From a virus, in IMG/VR virus record IMGVR_UViG_3300035698_006802, positions 1 through 64,000 of that record: 64,000 nucleotides of DNA, one strand, 5' to 3'. The notes beneath the pieces were generated by a model. That model was not told the DNA's origin. It searched no databases and worked only from the letters and a program-made list of their open reading frames with translations. Position 1 is the first letter of the stretch. Every line of letters begins with the position of its first letter. The translations under genes and the position numbers were made by a program. Positions 7,636-17,157 of this stretch are shown here, piece by piece.

Positions 7636-8138
7636 TTGGGGGGCTCCCACCAACCGAGCAGGTTGTCTAGCTCTTTCCACATACTAACAGTGGCGGCTGA
7701 CCCTGGGACGGCACGGAGAGCCTTGCGGAATCCCTTGTGCTCTTTCTTGTACATGAACAGACGATGGTCTCGGGAGTCCCAGCAGTTGCGGACATTGGCG
7801 ATGCGATCCGCCAGCTTGAGGGTGATGGCTTCGAGGCTCTTGGCGATCTTCGGGTAGGTCTTGGTGTGCCGCTCCTGGCGATTCTTACCGGGTTCATCTG
7901 TGACGCAGAACACTACCTCTGCAACCTTGGGGCCGAACTTGGACCTCAGGTCTTCCATAGAGGTCTCTGTGTCCTCCAGGGTGTCATGGAGCCACGCTGC
8001 AATGAGAAGATCCCCTTGGATGTTGAATTCCCCCAGCACCCGCACGACATCTGCAAGGTGCTTGGTGTAGGGATCATCCATGTACTTCTGCCCCTTGTGG
8101 GCATTGGCAGCAAACCGCTTGGCATCTTCCTGTGTCAT
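7632..8138 (-). CDS. HD-domain small alarmone hydrolase (SpoT/Mesh1-like)
   Basis: AHxGQ..PYxxH, AAWLHDTLEDT and KLADRIAN motifs. Confidence 0.85.
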   Translation of the reverse strand: MTQEDAKRFAANAHKGQKYMDDPYTKHLADVVRVLGEFNIQGDLLIAAWLHDTLEDTETSMEDLRSKFGPKVAEVVFCVTDEPGKNRQERHTKTYPKIAKSLEAITLKLADRIANVRNCWDSRDHRLFMYKKEHKGFRKALRAVPGSAATVSMWKELDNLLGWWEPPK

Positions 8139-8276
8139 CAGGTCTGTTCCTGGGGGCTCATCTTGGACACTGAGTGCTCCAGGGCGAGGGTTGTGATGAG
8201 GGACACTGTACGCGGGGCGGCTCGAACATGTTCACGAAGTACGGGGAAGGCCGGTATGGGATTCTGCCCCGCTTGC

Positions 8277-9398
8277 TCATGCAGCATCCCGAAGGGTCTG
8301 GCAGAGGGTGGTCAGGTACTCGACTGCTCTGTCTTTTCCCCATGCGTGGATTTCCAGGGCATGTGCGACGGGGCGGTCATCCTTCCAACCACCTTCACGG
8401 GTCTGCTCACCGTCCGGGTGCTTCGTTCGGTGGTTGGCCACGATGCTCTGCAACATACTCTCTGTGATGTTTTCGGGCCGCAGAAGGCACTCCACATCTT
8501 CTGCGGTTCGCGTGATGAGGGGCCCCTCTGCGATGTACGTCGTCTTGTCCCTGTCCGCGAGGGTCTTGATCTCCGCAGTGAGGATACCCTTGGGACAGAC
8601 TACCTGGATGGACACGACCCGCTTGCGCCAGCCAGCGGTGATTGTGGCTCCGTATGCGTTGAAGGTGTACCAGGGTGCTTTCCCTCCATACTGGTTCTTG
8701 ATCTCCTCTCGTTCAGGGATCGGGTCTCCGACTGCGGTTCCGACAGCTGCCCACACCTCGGAGAAGAAATTCCGATTGTTGACGAGGATGGGATCCTCGG
8801 GGGCTTTCAGCGTCTGTGAGAACTCGGGGCTGACCATCAGCCAAACCGTGCCCTTCCAGTAGGTGGTTTGGACACCTTCGATGTCAGGCATCTGTGGGGG
8901 GTAGGGCTGCTCCTGAAGATCCTCTGGGAGCGGGAGGTACTCTCCGATCTTCTGGGGTCCCTGTGTGCCCCCGAACACCTTGTCGATGGCAGCCTGTGCA
9001 TCCCCAGACAAGTCGTAGTAGCTCATGTTGTTCTGGCGGAAATCCACGTACTCCGGGAATTCCTTGTTGAACACTTCCTCTACCCACTTGCTCCATTCGA
9101 GCTTTTCGTGGGCTTTCACCTCTGCCCGGTGATGCCGCCATGTGGGGAGCAACGTGGAGTTGGCCCAGTCCATGTACTCCTTGGGGAAGGTGTGATCCCC
9201 GTCTGGGCCCTCGATGAGGCTTGACGGGTGGAAGAACGTCGCGAGCTGGCACTTGCCCATGCTCATCAGTTCGACGTGGGTGCCACACTGGACACATCGG
9301 AATCCCTGCTGGGAGAGCCCTGGGGAGATGTGGCTACCCCCGGGCTTGAATTCAGAGCAATTGCAGAAGGGGCAGAGGGGAACTTCAGAGGGCAGCAT
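8277..9398 (-). CDS. hypothetical protein with N-terminal Zn ribbon
   Basis: CPFC...CVQC; coupled to the AAA gene. Confidence 0.7.
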   Translation of the reverse strand: MLPSEVPLCPFCNCSEFKPGGSHISPGLSQQGFRCVQCGTHVELMSMGKCQLATFFHPSSLIEGPDGDHTFPKEYMDWANSTLLPTWRHHRAEVKAHEKLEWSKWVEEVFNKEFPEYVDFRQNNMSYYDLSGDAQAAIDKVFGGTQGPQKIGEYLPLPEDLQEQPYPPQMPDIEGVQTTYWKGTVWLMVSPEFSQTLKAPEDPILVNNRNFFSEVWAAVGTAVGDPIPEREEIKNQYGGKAPWYTFNAYGATITAGWRKRVVSIQVVCPKGILTAEIKTLADRDKTTYIAEGPLITRTAEDVECLLRPENITESMLQSIVANHRTKHPDGEQTREGGWKDDRPVAHALEIHAWGKDRAVEYLTTLCQTLRDAA

Positions 9399-10642
9399 CA
9401 GAATCCACCGAGGGGGTCAGGGTTAGTGCCAGTACTCACGCCGGCACCAATGGCGCCGCCTTTTACGAAGGGGTCAATGAGATGGAGGGCAGCCATCCGC
9501 GTCTCTGCATCTGGCATTCCGTCGAGCCATGCCCGTGCAGAGCGTAGAGTGATATCGTCGGGGACCTTCCCAGTCATGGCGATGATGTCCTCAGCATGCC
9601 CGAGCCATGCACACACAGCCCGGTGAGAGAACTCTGCGTAGAGCTTCTGCTGCATGATGGAGCTACGCAGGGCTTCAGTGGCATTCCCGACCTGGGAGAA
9701 CATCCCGGGGCACTTCTCTGCCAGAAGGGGGAACTTGGCAAGGCAGATGGGGCCTTCGTCTCCCCACTCCAGCCAGTGGAATTCAAACTTGCGCTCGAAA
9801 CGGTCCAGGATGGAACCGTCGATCACATTTGCAGAGATCATCCGGCCTCGTTGGTCTCCACCACCGGCGGTGTTGGCAGTGACCACCACCTGAGTGCCGG
9901 GGAACACGTTGTAGATCTTGCCACCAGGACCCTCGACACGACCCGAGATGGAGTCGAGAACCAGACGGAGTGCCTCTGCCTGACTCTTGGTCGCACGGTC
10001 GAAGTCGGTGATCAGAATCAGGTATGGGATCTTGCGTCCTGTCGTGGTGGTGTACCCGTCACGGAGGGCGCGAAGCAGTTCCCCCTCTTCCCAAGAGGTG
10101 CCGTCCTTGTCGAAGGAGCGGTGGAAGAACCAGCTCTGGATATCAGCACTGGGCTGTACCTGCTTGATCAGTGCTGGCCTTCGTTGGATGTAAGACACGG
10201 CATGAATCAGAGCATCCTTACCTGTTCCGGGAAGACCGTAGATGTACAGGTGACGCCCCCGGAACAGGGCGATCAGAGTCTCCACCACATCAACGGCAAG
10301 GTCCCCGTGCTCGGGGAACTTGTAGTGCTCGGGGAGAGGGAGGCAGTCGATCCTGGGGACATCGGGGTTCACCGGAACCGGGAACCCCCGGATTTCCACC
10401 TTCAGGTCTTCCGGCTGAGGCGGACCTTCCCTCCGGGCATTTTTTTGGCGCTTCTTCTCAAGAGCATCGAGAGACTCCTGGGATGCCGTGGGGGCCCCCG
10501 GGTGTGCAATGAGGTAGTCCACCACGGACACACCATGGACTTCGGACAGGTGTTTGGCCAGAACGTGGCTGCGTACTCCGCAGATACGGCACTGTGGGCA
10601 CGTCTCAGGGGTGCTCTCAGGGATCGTGGGAAGGTCAGTCAT
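9398..10642 (-). CDS. MoxR/CobS-like AAA+ ATPase with N-terminal C2H2 Zn finger
   Basis: Walker A GLPGTGK; atypical Walker B LILITDFD; TAN sensor; ILDRF arginine finger; CxxC..H..H. Confidence 0.85.
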   Translation of the reverse strand: MTDLPTIPESTPETCPQCRICGVRSHVLAKHLSEVHGVSVVDYLIAHPGAPTASQESLDALEKKRQKNARREGPPQPEDLKVEIRGFPVPVNPDVPRIDCLPLPEHYKFPEHGDLAVDVVETLIALFRGRHLYIYGLPGTGKDALIHAVSYIQRRPALIKQVQPSADIQSWFFHRSFDKDGTSWEEGELLRALRDGYTTTTGRKIPYLILITDFDRATKSQAEALRLVLDSISGRVEGPGGKIYNVFPGTQVVVTANTAGGGDQRGRMISANVIDGSILDRFERKFEFHWLEWGDEGPICLAKFPLLAEKCPGMFSQVGNATEALRSSIMQQKLYAEFSHRAVCAWLGHAEDIIAMTGKVPDDITLRSARAWLDGMPDAETRMAALHLIDPFVKGGAIGAGVSTGTNPDPLGGF

Positions 10643-10662
10643 CAGGTACTCTCTCCTCTCCT

Positions 10663-10692
10663 GTACTACGCGGAACCGGGGGAGTTGAAACC
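10663..10692 (-). promoter_or_regulatory. class I promoter motif
   Basis: Plus strand reads GTACTACGCGG-N11-TTGAAACC. Confidence 0.8.
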
Positions 10693-10693
10693 C

Positions 10694-13675
10694 CTAGATT
10701 GCCGTTTTCAGCGGAGTGCCACGCCGCAGCCCCCGGAAGTCGAGCAGGGTTGCCAGCTTTCGAACCAGCTCTTGGGGCAGTTCCGAGACAGTCTGTGTGT
10801 ACACAGAGTCCGGGAAGACCTGTGTCACATAGGACGCACCGGAACCGATGCCCACACCGACCACATGGATTCCAGATTCCTTCGCCAGCCTGATTTGACG
10901 CTGGATGACTTCTTTGTGCCCACCGTTGGGCTGCCCGTCGGTCACTACGAACATGATTCGGTGTGCCTCTCGACGCTCTGAAAGGGCCTCTAGGCCAAAC
11001 TGCACACCGTCTGCCATGGGAGTCCCGCCGACCGCACGGGTGTTGGCAAACCTCCACTTGGTTGCGGTGAATCGCTCCTCGAAGGTCTTGAAGATGTCAA
11101 TGTGGATGTACTGGCACCTGTGGAAGTGGCGGGTGCTGGTCTCTCCTGGGCGGGTGTTGCTATTCCAACCACCAATGCCATCACGGAATCCAATTGCCAT
11201 GACAGGGCAGCCCAAGGCATCGAGGGGTTCCGTCAGTGACAGGAATACCTTGGTGGCTATCTTGAGGCGCTCTCCGATCATGGAGGAGGACTCGTCCATG
11301 ATGATCACAGCCGCTAGGGAAGTGTCGATCTGGGCCTCTTCATCGAAGTATGCCCGGTTTGGCATCCTTCCGCCCCGCAGGCATGCCACGTCATCCACGA
11401 ACATCCGCTCGGACAAACCACGACCCCTGCGTGTGCCGTGGTCGATTGCGGTCTGTTCTACGGACTTGACCAGTGTGCGGAGCCTTGCCCTCAGGTATGC
11501 ACACTGTGTCTTGACCGAGTCCAGGATATCCTGTGCTCGGGAGATGTCTCCCATACGCCCTGCTGTTGAAGGGGGCACCATTGCCACGGTGTCCTGTGTG
11601 GTGTCATAGGGGCGGTACGGTTTTTCTCCGGGCTTGCAGGTTGAATCTTCCTTGTCGAAAACCTCATCAAACCCATTTGCAAGGGCTTCCTCCAGTTCGA
11701 GGAGTCCAGTGTCTTCCTGGTTCTCTGCACCGTCGATGAAGTCCTGTGCAGCACCACTCCAGTCTACGGGGTCCGGGTCCCACTGGTGGCCACCACCAAT
11801 CGGGGAGTCTCCTTCCTGCTGCTGACCATCACAATCTCCTTCCTCGGGGTCATCGTCTCCATCGTCTCCATCGCCGGAGTCTTTGTCGCCGGAGTCTTTG
11901 TCGCCGGAGTCTTTGTCGGAGTCGTCGTCGGAGTCGGAGTCGTCGTCGGAGTCGTCGGAGTCGTCGGAGTCGGAGTCGGAGTCGTCGTCGTCGGAGTCTT
12001 CATCGTCGGGGTTGCAGTCATTGTCGTCGCTGTCGTCGTCGGCACAGTCGGAGTCGTCGGAGTCGTCGGCACAACCGTCGTCCCCTTCGTCGGACTCGTC
12101 GTCGGAGCCACCTTCGTCGGAGCTACCTTCGTTATCATCGGAGTCTTCGTCGGAGCTACCGGAACTTTCGGACTCATCCTCGCCATCGGAGTCCTTGTCA
12201 TCGGAGCTACCAGAGCCTTCAGAGTCATCGTCGGAGTCATCGTCGGAGTCGTCTTCACCCTTGGAGCCCTTGGAGCCCTTGGAGCCCTTGGAGCCCTTGG
12301 GCTTGTCATCGGACTCCTCGCCTTCGGACTCCCCGCCTTCAGACTCCTCGCCTTCGGACTCCCCGCCTTCAGACTCCCCGCCTTCGGACTCCCCGCCTTC
12401 AGACTCCCCGCCTTCGCCACTCTCGGAGCCCTCGGAATCGTCGTCGGACTCCGCACCACTCTCGGAACCTTCAGACTCGTCATCACTCTTGTTGTCGTCG
12501 GAGTCTTCCCCGTCATCACTCTTGTTGTCGTCGGAGTCTTCCCCGTCAGAATCCGAGGGGTCCTCGGGGTCCGAGGGATCCTTAGGCTCATCGTCATATT
12601 CTACAGCATCATCATTGTCTGCGGCCTTGCCCTTGCCTTCAGTCAGGTCTACATCTTCCTGATACTCACAGACCGTACACACCAGGACGCCCTTTCCCTT
12701 GACGGTGCCCCCAGCACCATCACTCTTGGGGTGCACCTTCAGCTTGGAATTTGGGGCACCGCAGTTTGGGCATCCCTGTGGAGGTCCACCCTTGCCGGCA
12801 TCAGGCTCTTCCTTGTCTGCCTCGTTCTGGATGACGCCCAGCACTAGCATCGCAATGCGCAGGGAACCCGAGTCGTCCCGGGGAGTCAGGGCAATCGCTT
12901 CTCGCAGGAGATCCGACAGCGGGCCCTTGAGAACGAAATCTGCCGCTTTGCTGTTCTGTTCCCGGTATTCATCCAGTGCCTTCCGCTGGCGGGTGGTGTT
13001 GTACCCGAGTCCCACATCCCGGAAAACAGCCGTGATGATGGACTGGGTACTGTTGAGGCGTTCTTCAGACACACCCTTCTGGAGTGCCTTCAGGCGGATA
13101 TCCTTCTCTTGATCGAGGATGTATGCCTGAAGCTGGTGCATCTTGGGGCTGATGCCCGGGTATTCACGGCAACCGCACCGCTCAATGCGGATGTCCTCTA
13201 CGATGTTGCTCCAGGACAGGATCGCCCCGCTCAGCTTTGCCCAGTTGGGAGATGCGGTCCAGACCTCATTCACGAGATCCCACATCTCGCGGGCTCCCAC
13301 ACTCCGACGCCGGCTGTACTTCGTGTGGAGAGCTTCGTGGTCTGCCCCTCCGATCAGTGCCATTGCGAGCGGAAGGGGTAGCTTCTCGGGAGTGCCCGCG
13401 ATTACGATGTGGGGCTGGCTGACATCCTCAGCGTTGGAACGCTTGCACCACTCCTTCACATCTTCGAGTGTCGGCTTGTTTCCAGCGTTCCGGCTTGCCC
13501 AGGAGCACAGGTGCTTCACGAAAAAACGAAGAACCCAGCGGTCGCGATTGAAGAATCTGCCACCATAGGAGTAGACTCGACGGACGTTCGGCCCCAGGAT
13601 CGCATCTACGGATCGCTGGTGGGCCATGCGGTAGCGTGACCCTTGGAGCATTGGCATTGTGGGGTTGGGGATCAT
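10694..13675 (-). CDS. CobT-like protein: HExxH domain, Zn ribbon, long acidic linker, C-terminal vWA
   Basis: DHEALH and NIVEDIRIE; MIDAS DESSSM, GGTP, VTDG; start reassigned to ATG 13675 (GGAGA RBS). Confidence 0.85.
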   Translation of the reverse strand: MIPNPTMPMLQGSRYRMAHQRSVDAILGPNVRRVYSYGGRFFNRDRWVLRFFVKHLCSWASRNAGNKPTLEDVKEWCKRSNAEDVSQPHIVIAGTPEKLPLPLAMALIGGADHEALHTKYSRRRSVGAREMWDLVNEVWTASPNWAKLSGAILSWSNIVEDIRIERCGCREYPGISPKMHQLQAYILDQEKDIRLKALQKGVSEERLNSTQSIITAVFRDVGLGYNTTRQRKALDEYREQNSKAADFVLKGPLSDLLREAIALTPRDDSGSLRIAMLVLGVIQNEADKEEPDAGKGGPPQGCPNCGAPNSKLKVHPKSDGAGGTVKGKGVLVCTVCEYQEDVDLTEGKGKAADNDDAVEYDDEPKDPSDPEDPSDSDGEDSDDNKSDDGEDSDDNKSDDESEGSESGAESDDDSEGSESGEGGESEGGESEGGESEGGESEGEESEGGESEGEESDDKPKGSKGSKGSKGSKGEDDSDDDSDDDSEGSGSSDDKDSDGEDESESSGSSDEDSDDNEGSSDEGGSDDESDEGDDGCADDSDDSDCADDDSDDNDCNPDDEDSDDDDSDSDSDDSDDSDDDSDSDDDSDKDSGDKDSGDKDSGDGDDGDDDPEEGDCDGQQQEGDSPIGGGHQWDPDPVDWSGAAQDFIDGAENQEDTGLLELEEALANGFDEVFDKEDSTCKPGEKPYRPYDTTQDTVAMVPPSTAGRMGDISRAQDILDSVKTQCAYLRARLRTLVKSVEQTAIDHGTRRGRGLSERMFVDDVACLRGGRMPNRAYFDEEAQIDTSLAAVIIMDESSSMIGERLKIATKVFLSLTEPLDALGCPVMAIGFRDGIGGWNSNTRPGETSTRHFHRCQYIHIDIFKTFEERFTATKWRFANTRAVGGTPMADGVQFGLEALSERREAHRIMFVVTDGQPNGGHKEVIQRQIRLAKESGIHVVGVGIGSGASYVTQVFPDSVYTQTVSELPQELVRKLATLLDFRGLRRGTPLKTAI
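11855..12590 (-). repeat. low-complexity coding repeats (DSD, EGGES, KGS, DKDSG)
   Basis: In-frame tandem units within the vWA gene. Confidence 0.9.
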
Positions 13676-13692
13676 CGTCTCTCCGTTCACCC

Positions 13693-13722
13693 CTACTACG
13701 CGGAACCTGTGGGTTTGAAACC
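13693..13722 (-). promoter_or_regulatory. class I promoter motif
   Basis: Exact consensus match. Confidence 0.8.
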
Positions 13723-13732
13723 TCCAGGTTTA

Positions 13733-13749
13733 CGGTATCTGCTCTATAG
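13733..13749 (+). promoter_or_regulatory. class II promoter motif CGGT-N7-CTATAG
   Basis: Recurs about 25-45 nt upstream of five plus-strand gene starts. Confidence 0.55.
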
Positions 13750-13780
13750 GGAAAGGGGTGTAGCACCATAAGGCTCCCAC

Positions 13781-14233
13781 ATGTCTCTACGCTCTCGTAT
13801 CGCCAAGACCGCCCTGGACAATCCGGGGGAGCTTCGGGATCACCTTGTGCATCTCCTTCAAGCATCTTCCCCTAAGAGGTCTAGCCTCGACATTCCGACC
13901 TTGAGGAAGATCCTGCGCCCGTATGGGCCAGCGAGAATCACCCCTGCCTTGGTCAAGGCAGCAGATGAGTTTGCTCGATCTGTGTCCAAGATGCTCTCCG
14001 TCTGGGTGCAGAAGTACCCGTCCGAGAATGGGGTGAATGTTGCAGGCATGATGGACATGGGCGCCCCCTATCTGGTGTTTGAGACTCTGGAAGGGACAGG
14101 GCCCGGAGTGGCTGCGAAGGCCTGGAAGCCTCTGTATGAAGACACACGAGAGCTGAAGACTTTTCTACAACGAGCCCTACGAAAAGACTATGCAGATTTC
14201 AAGAGTGAAATCCTGAATTCCGCACAGGAGTAG
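13781..14233 (+). CDS. hypothetical (putative virion) protein
   Basis: N-terminal SLRSRIAKTALDNPGELRDHL motif shared with other genes here. Confidence 0.7.
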   Translation: MSLRSRIAKTALDNPGELRDHLVHLLQASSPKRSSLDIPTLRKILRPYGPARITPALVKAADEFARSVSKMLSVWVQKYPSENGVNVAGMMDMGAPYLVFETLEGTGPGVAAKAWKPLYEDTRELKTFLQRALRKDYADFKSEILNSAQE

Positions 14234-14237
14234 ACCG

Positions 14238-14717
14238 ATGCCCTACGATGCAGACAAGCCTGCTGACATCACCGAAATGACGGACAAGCTGAAGAAGACC
14301 TATGCCAATGTGAGTGCCACTGCAGCTCGACAGGCAATCGCTGTCTTCAACTCCGTAATGAAAGAGCACAGCGATGAGGGCCGTGCATGGGCGGGTGTCT
14401 ACTCACAGCTCAACAAGCGGGGGATCTCCAAGAAAGCATCCGTCCGACTTGCAGAGGACATCATCAAGGTTGCAAACCTGCACCCGGCACACAGGGAAGC
14501 ACTGTTGGCCATCGCCAAAGAGGCTGCTGCCTGGGTCCCTGGTCAGCTGAAAGAGGAGACCTGGACGCCCGGGGAAATGGATGTCAACTCCCCTTCTGTT
14601 GAGGACGCACCCACAGGTTCACAGATGCCCCCAGCCAGTGACAACAACAATGAGGACCTGGACGAGGAGTGGGGGGAGCTGGCTGCTCGGAATGCTCGGA
14701 TGCGTGAAGACCGCTAG
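14238..14717 (+). CDS. ChaB-like domain protein
   Basis: AARQAIAVFNS...DEGRAWAGV resembles ChaB; AGGAG RBS. Confidence 0.55.
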   Translation: MPYDADKPADITEMTDKLKKTYANVSATAARQAIAVFNSVMKEHSDEGRAWAGVYSQLNKRGISKKASVRLAEDIIKVANLHPAHREALLAIAKEAAAWVPGQLKEETWTPGEMDVNSPSVEDAPTGSQMPPASDNNNEDLDEEWGELAARNARMREDR

Positions 14718-15466
14718 TGCCTGTTGAACTTGTAGACCTTCGCAGGGCGTGAACTGGTCAGCCTCTTGCCCGGGGCTTCCTCGATCACACCATCGGTGCA
14801 CATTCTCTTGAACCTACGCCTGAAGCTGGAGGGTTCGTAGGTCTTGCCCTTGATCGCCTCATAGACAGAGCGAAGCTCGGCCACGGTGAAGGTGGGAGGA
14901 ACCAGTTCGAAAGCGATGGGGGCGTAGTCGATCTTGCCCCTGATACGCTCGACTCCAACCCGCAGGATCTCTACATGATCGAATGCGAGGGGCATCTTGC
15001 CCACAACCTCGTGTTCCACAGAGAACCACTGGGCGTCAGAGGCATCGTCCCCGGCGTGTACCCTGTGTACCTTGTCGGGAGAAATCAGGGCGTAGAACGC
15101 CACCGTGATGATCCGCAACCGGGGATCCCGGTTGGGCTTCCCAAATGTGTAGAGCTGTTCGAGGAAGCAGGAGCCCCGAGGGAGCCCCGTTTCCTCTGAA
15201 AGCTCCCTGTGGGCAGCTTCCTCGACACTCTCCCCCTGACACTCGAAGCCGTCTCCGACCTCCACAAAGCCACCTGGGAGAGCCCAGGAGCCCTTGTGGG
15301 GGTGACCCTTGCGTCGGATGAGCAGCACCTTGAGATCGGTGTCGGTGACCGTGAAGATCACCAGATCGGCGGTCACTGACGGCTTGGGGTATTCCTGCTT
15401 CTGATAGCCCTTCAGGAATTCTTCTTCGGTCATGTCTGCCGTGTGGTCAAGCTTGCCAGTCATCAT
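14714..15466 (-). CDS. nrtR: NrtR-family regulator (Nudix + winged helix)
   Basis: PSVTADLVIF, WALPGGF, RELSEETG, LEQLYTFG..RDPR, LAFDH; wHTH FTVAELRSVYEAI...FRRR...RPAKVY. Confidence 0.9.
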   Translation of the reverse strand: MMTGKLDHTADMTEEEFLKGYQKQEYPKPSVTADLVIFTVTDTDLKVLLIRRKGHPHKGSWALPGGFVEVGDGFECQGESVEEAAHRELSEETGLPRGSCFLEQLYTFGKPNRDPRLRIITVAFYALISPDKVHRVHAGDDASDAQWFSVEHEVVGKMPLAFDHVEILRVGVERIRGKIDYAPIAFELVPPTFTVAELRSVYEAIKGKTYEPSSFRRRFKRMCTDGVIEEAPGKRLTSSRPAKVYKFNRH

Positions 15467-17157
15467 TTCATCCTCAGGCTGAAGACATCCTTGCCCCTTG
15501 GGAACACCACCCTACCGCCTTGCTGGGTCAGATGCATGTCGCCACCGAGGACAGGGTCGTCTACCACCTTCAGTGCGGGGGAGCCCTTGCGGGCAGAGAA
15601 CAACTCCAGCTTCTCATCCTCTGTCATGCAGATGCACACCCCGGAGTCGAGAAGAACGAAGTTCAGTCCCGAGAGGTTCACATCTTCGATGACACGCACA
15701 TCGTAGGACTTGTAGTCACTGCTGAAGCGGAGCACGAGCCGGTCGTACTTGCCATTCTTGGAACCGACGACCATGAGCACCCCGGCTGTGGGGGTGTTGT
15801 CGAACTTGGCATCCAGGATGCGGTAGTCGTCCAGCTCTTGGATGTGAAGCTGGTGTGCCATCCCTGTCTCGGGAAGCAGTGACACCCATTTGGATCCCAG
15901 GAGATCCTGAACCACGATGCCCTGGTAGAGCTTCGTGGCGTGCTCCAAGCAGGTGGTCACGGGAAGGCTGCTTGCTAGGACCCTGGAGCCTACATCGTTG
16001 AGCATGATTTGGAGAATCTGATCCTGGTTGCGAACGTAGATGCGACCCCCGTGGGCCATCACTGCATCTGCACGAAGGATTACGGGGATCGGCAGTCCTG
16101 ATGACACATCGAGCAGCTTGAGCATCCCCTGGGAGGAACCCGCAACTATGGGCCGTCCCATCCTCGGAGTGAAGCCCACCCCAGAGATCCCATGGACGGG
16201 CCCATGAAGGCGCCGCTTGCCATGGTAGATGCCCTCGTCTGTCCAGACGAGGAGATCCCCGCGGTGGTCCCACATGCCACGAACGGCACCCTCGAATTCC
16301 AGCAGCTTCGAGATGTCCAGCTTGTTGGTGCCCTTGATGAGGCGCACAGTGGGTAGCACCACAAGGGTGCCCTGGAGGGACTGCGGTGGGGGAAGTCGCT
16401 GGCCCCGCTCAAGGACAGCCTCGTACCATTGCCTGTAGACGGGGGGAATGACATCGAAGGGAAGCACGACCCTCGGGACTCGAACGGAAGTGTTGAACAC
16501 GGAGACCCCAGCGGCCATCCTGTGCTCCATACCCTTGATGGAAGGGTGTTTTCCCTTGTAGGGGTGGATGCCTGTGAACAGGTTGAAAGTCACACATGCA
16601 AAGGAGAACCAGTCCGACAGCTCTGTCCAATCCAGGTTGGACACCTGGGGGTCTCGGATGGACGCCATGATGACTGTGGCTGGGTAGTGGGGGGTCTGGT
16701 AGCTGTCCACGTCGATGGCGTAGACTGTCTGGAACGCAGGGTCGACCAGAAAGTTCATCTCGTTGAGGTCTACTGCCAGGATTCCGGCCTTGTGGGTGTT
16801 GCCCACCCTCTCCTGAAGGGACCTCACCAGATCGAGAGTCATCTGTGGGGAGACGTTGTTTCGCTGGCGGAACACAGGGGGGAACAGCTCACAGAGGGTG
16901 TGGGTGTCGGGGAGGAACCGCATGGTGTAGCCCAGGGGTGTCCCCTGCTTGTCGTTGACTACACGTTCGGGCTTGATGATATCGGGGTCGGTGAGTGCCT
17001 GCAGTTCTCGGATTTTGCCCACTGCCAGCATCTTGGTACGGTCATGGTAGATCTTGTATGCCGTGGTGCCCTTGACGTAGACGTTCCCTTCTCCGCCACC
17101 ACCAACGTAGTCAGCCTTTGACAAGTTGACGGCTGTGCCATGGACGTAGACTCTCAC
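15463..17157 (-). CDS. Ser/Thr protein kinase (YegI/TerY-P triad type)
   Basis: GGGGEGNVY, AYKIY, DLNEMNFLV, IDVDSYQ, GIHPY. Confidence 0.85.
   Translation of the reverse strand: MRVYVHGTAVNLSKADYVGGGGEGNVYVKGTTAYKIYHDRTKMLAVGKIRELQALTDPDIIKPERVVNDKQGTPLGYTMRFLPDTHTLCELFPPVFRQRNNVSPQMTLDLVRSLQERVGNTHKAGILAVDLNEMNFLVDPAFQTVYAIDVDSYQTPHYPATVIMASIRDPQVSNLDWTELSDWFSFACVTFNLFTGIHPYKGKHPSIKGMEHRMAAGVSVFNTSVRVPRVVLPFDVIPPVYRQWYEAVLERGQRLPPPQSLQGTLVVLPTVRLIKGTNKLDISKLLEFEGAVRGMWDHRGDLLVWTDEGIYHGKRRLHGPVHGISGVGFTPRMGRPIVAGSSQGMLKLLDVSSGLPIPVILRADAVMAHGGRIYVRNQDQILQIMLNDVGSRVLASSLPVTTCLEHATKLYQGIVVQDLLGSKWVSLLPETGMAHQLHIQELDDYRILDAKFDNTPTAGVLMVVGSKNGKYDRLVLRFSSDYKSYDVRVIEDVNLSGLNFVLLDSGVCICMTEDEKLELFSARKGSPALKVVDDPVLGGDMHLTQQGGRVVFPRGKDVFSLRMK

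Noticed and set aside
11746-12847. Several long overlapping ORFs (Ser-, Arg- or Val-rich)
   Set aside because: Shadow frames of the acidic low-complexity linker in the vWA gene
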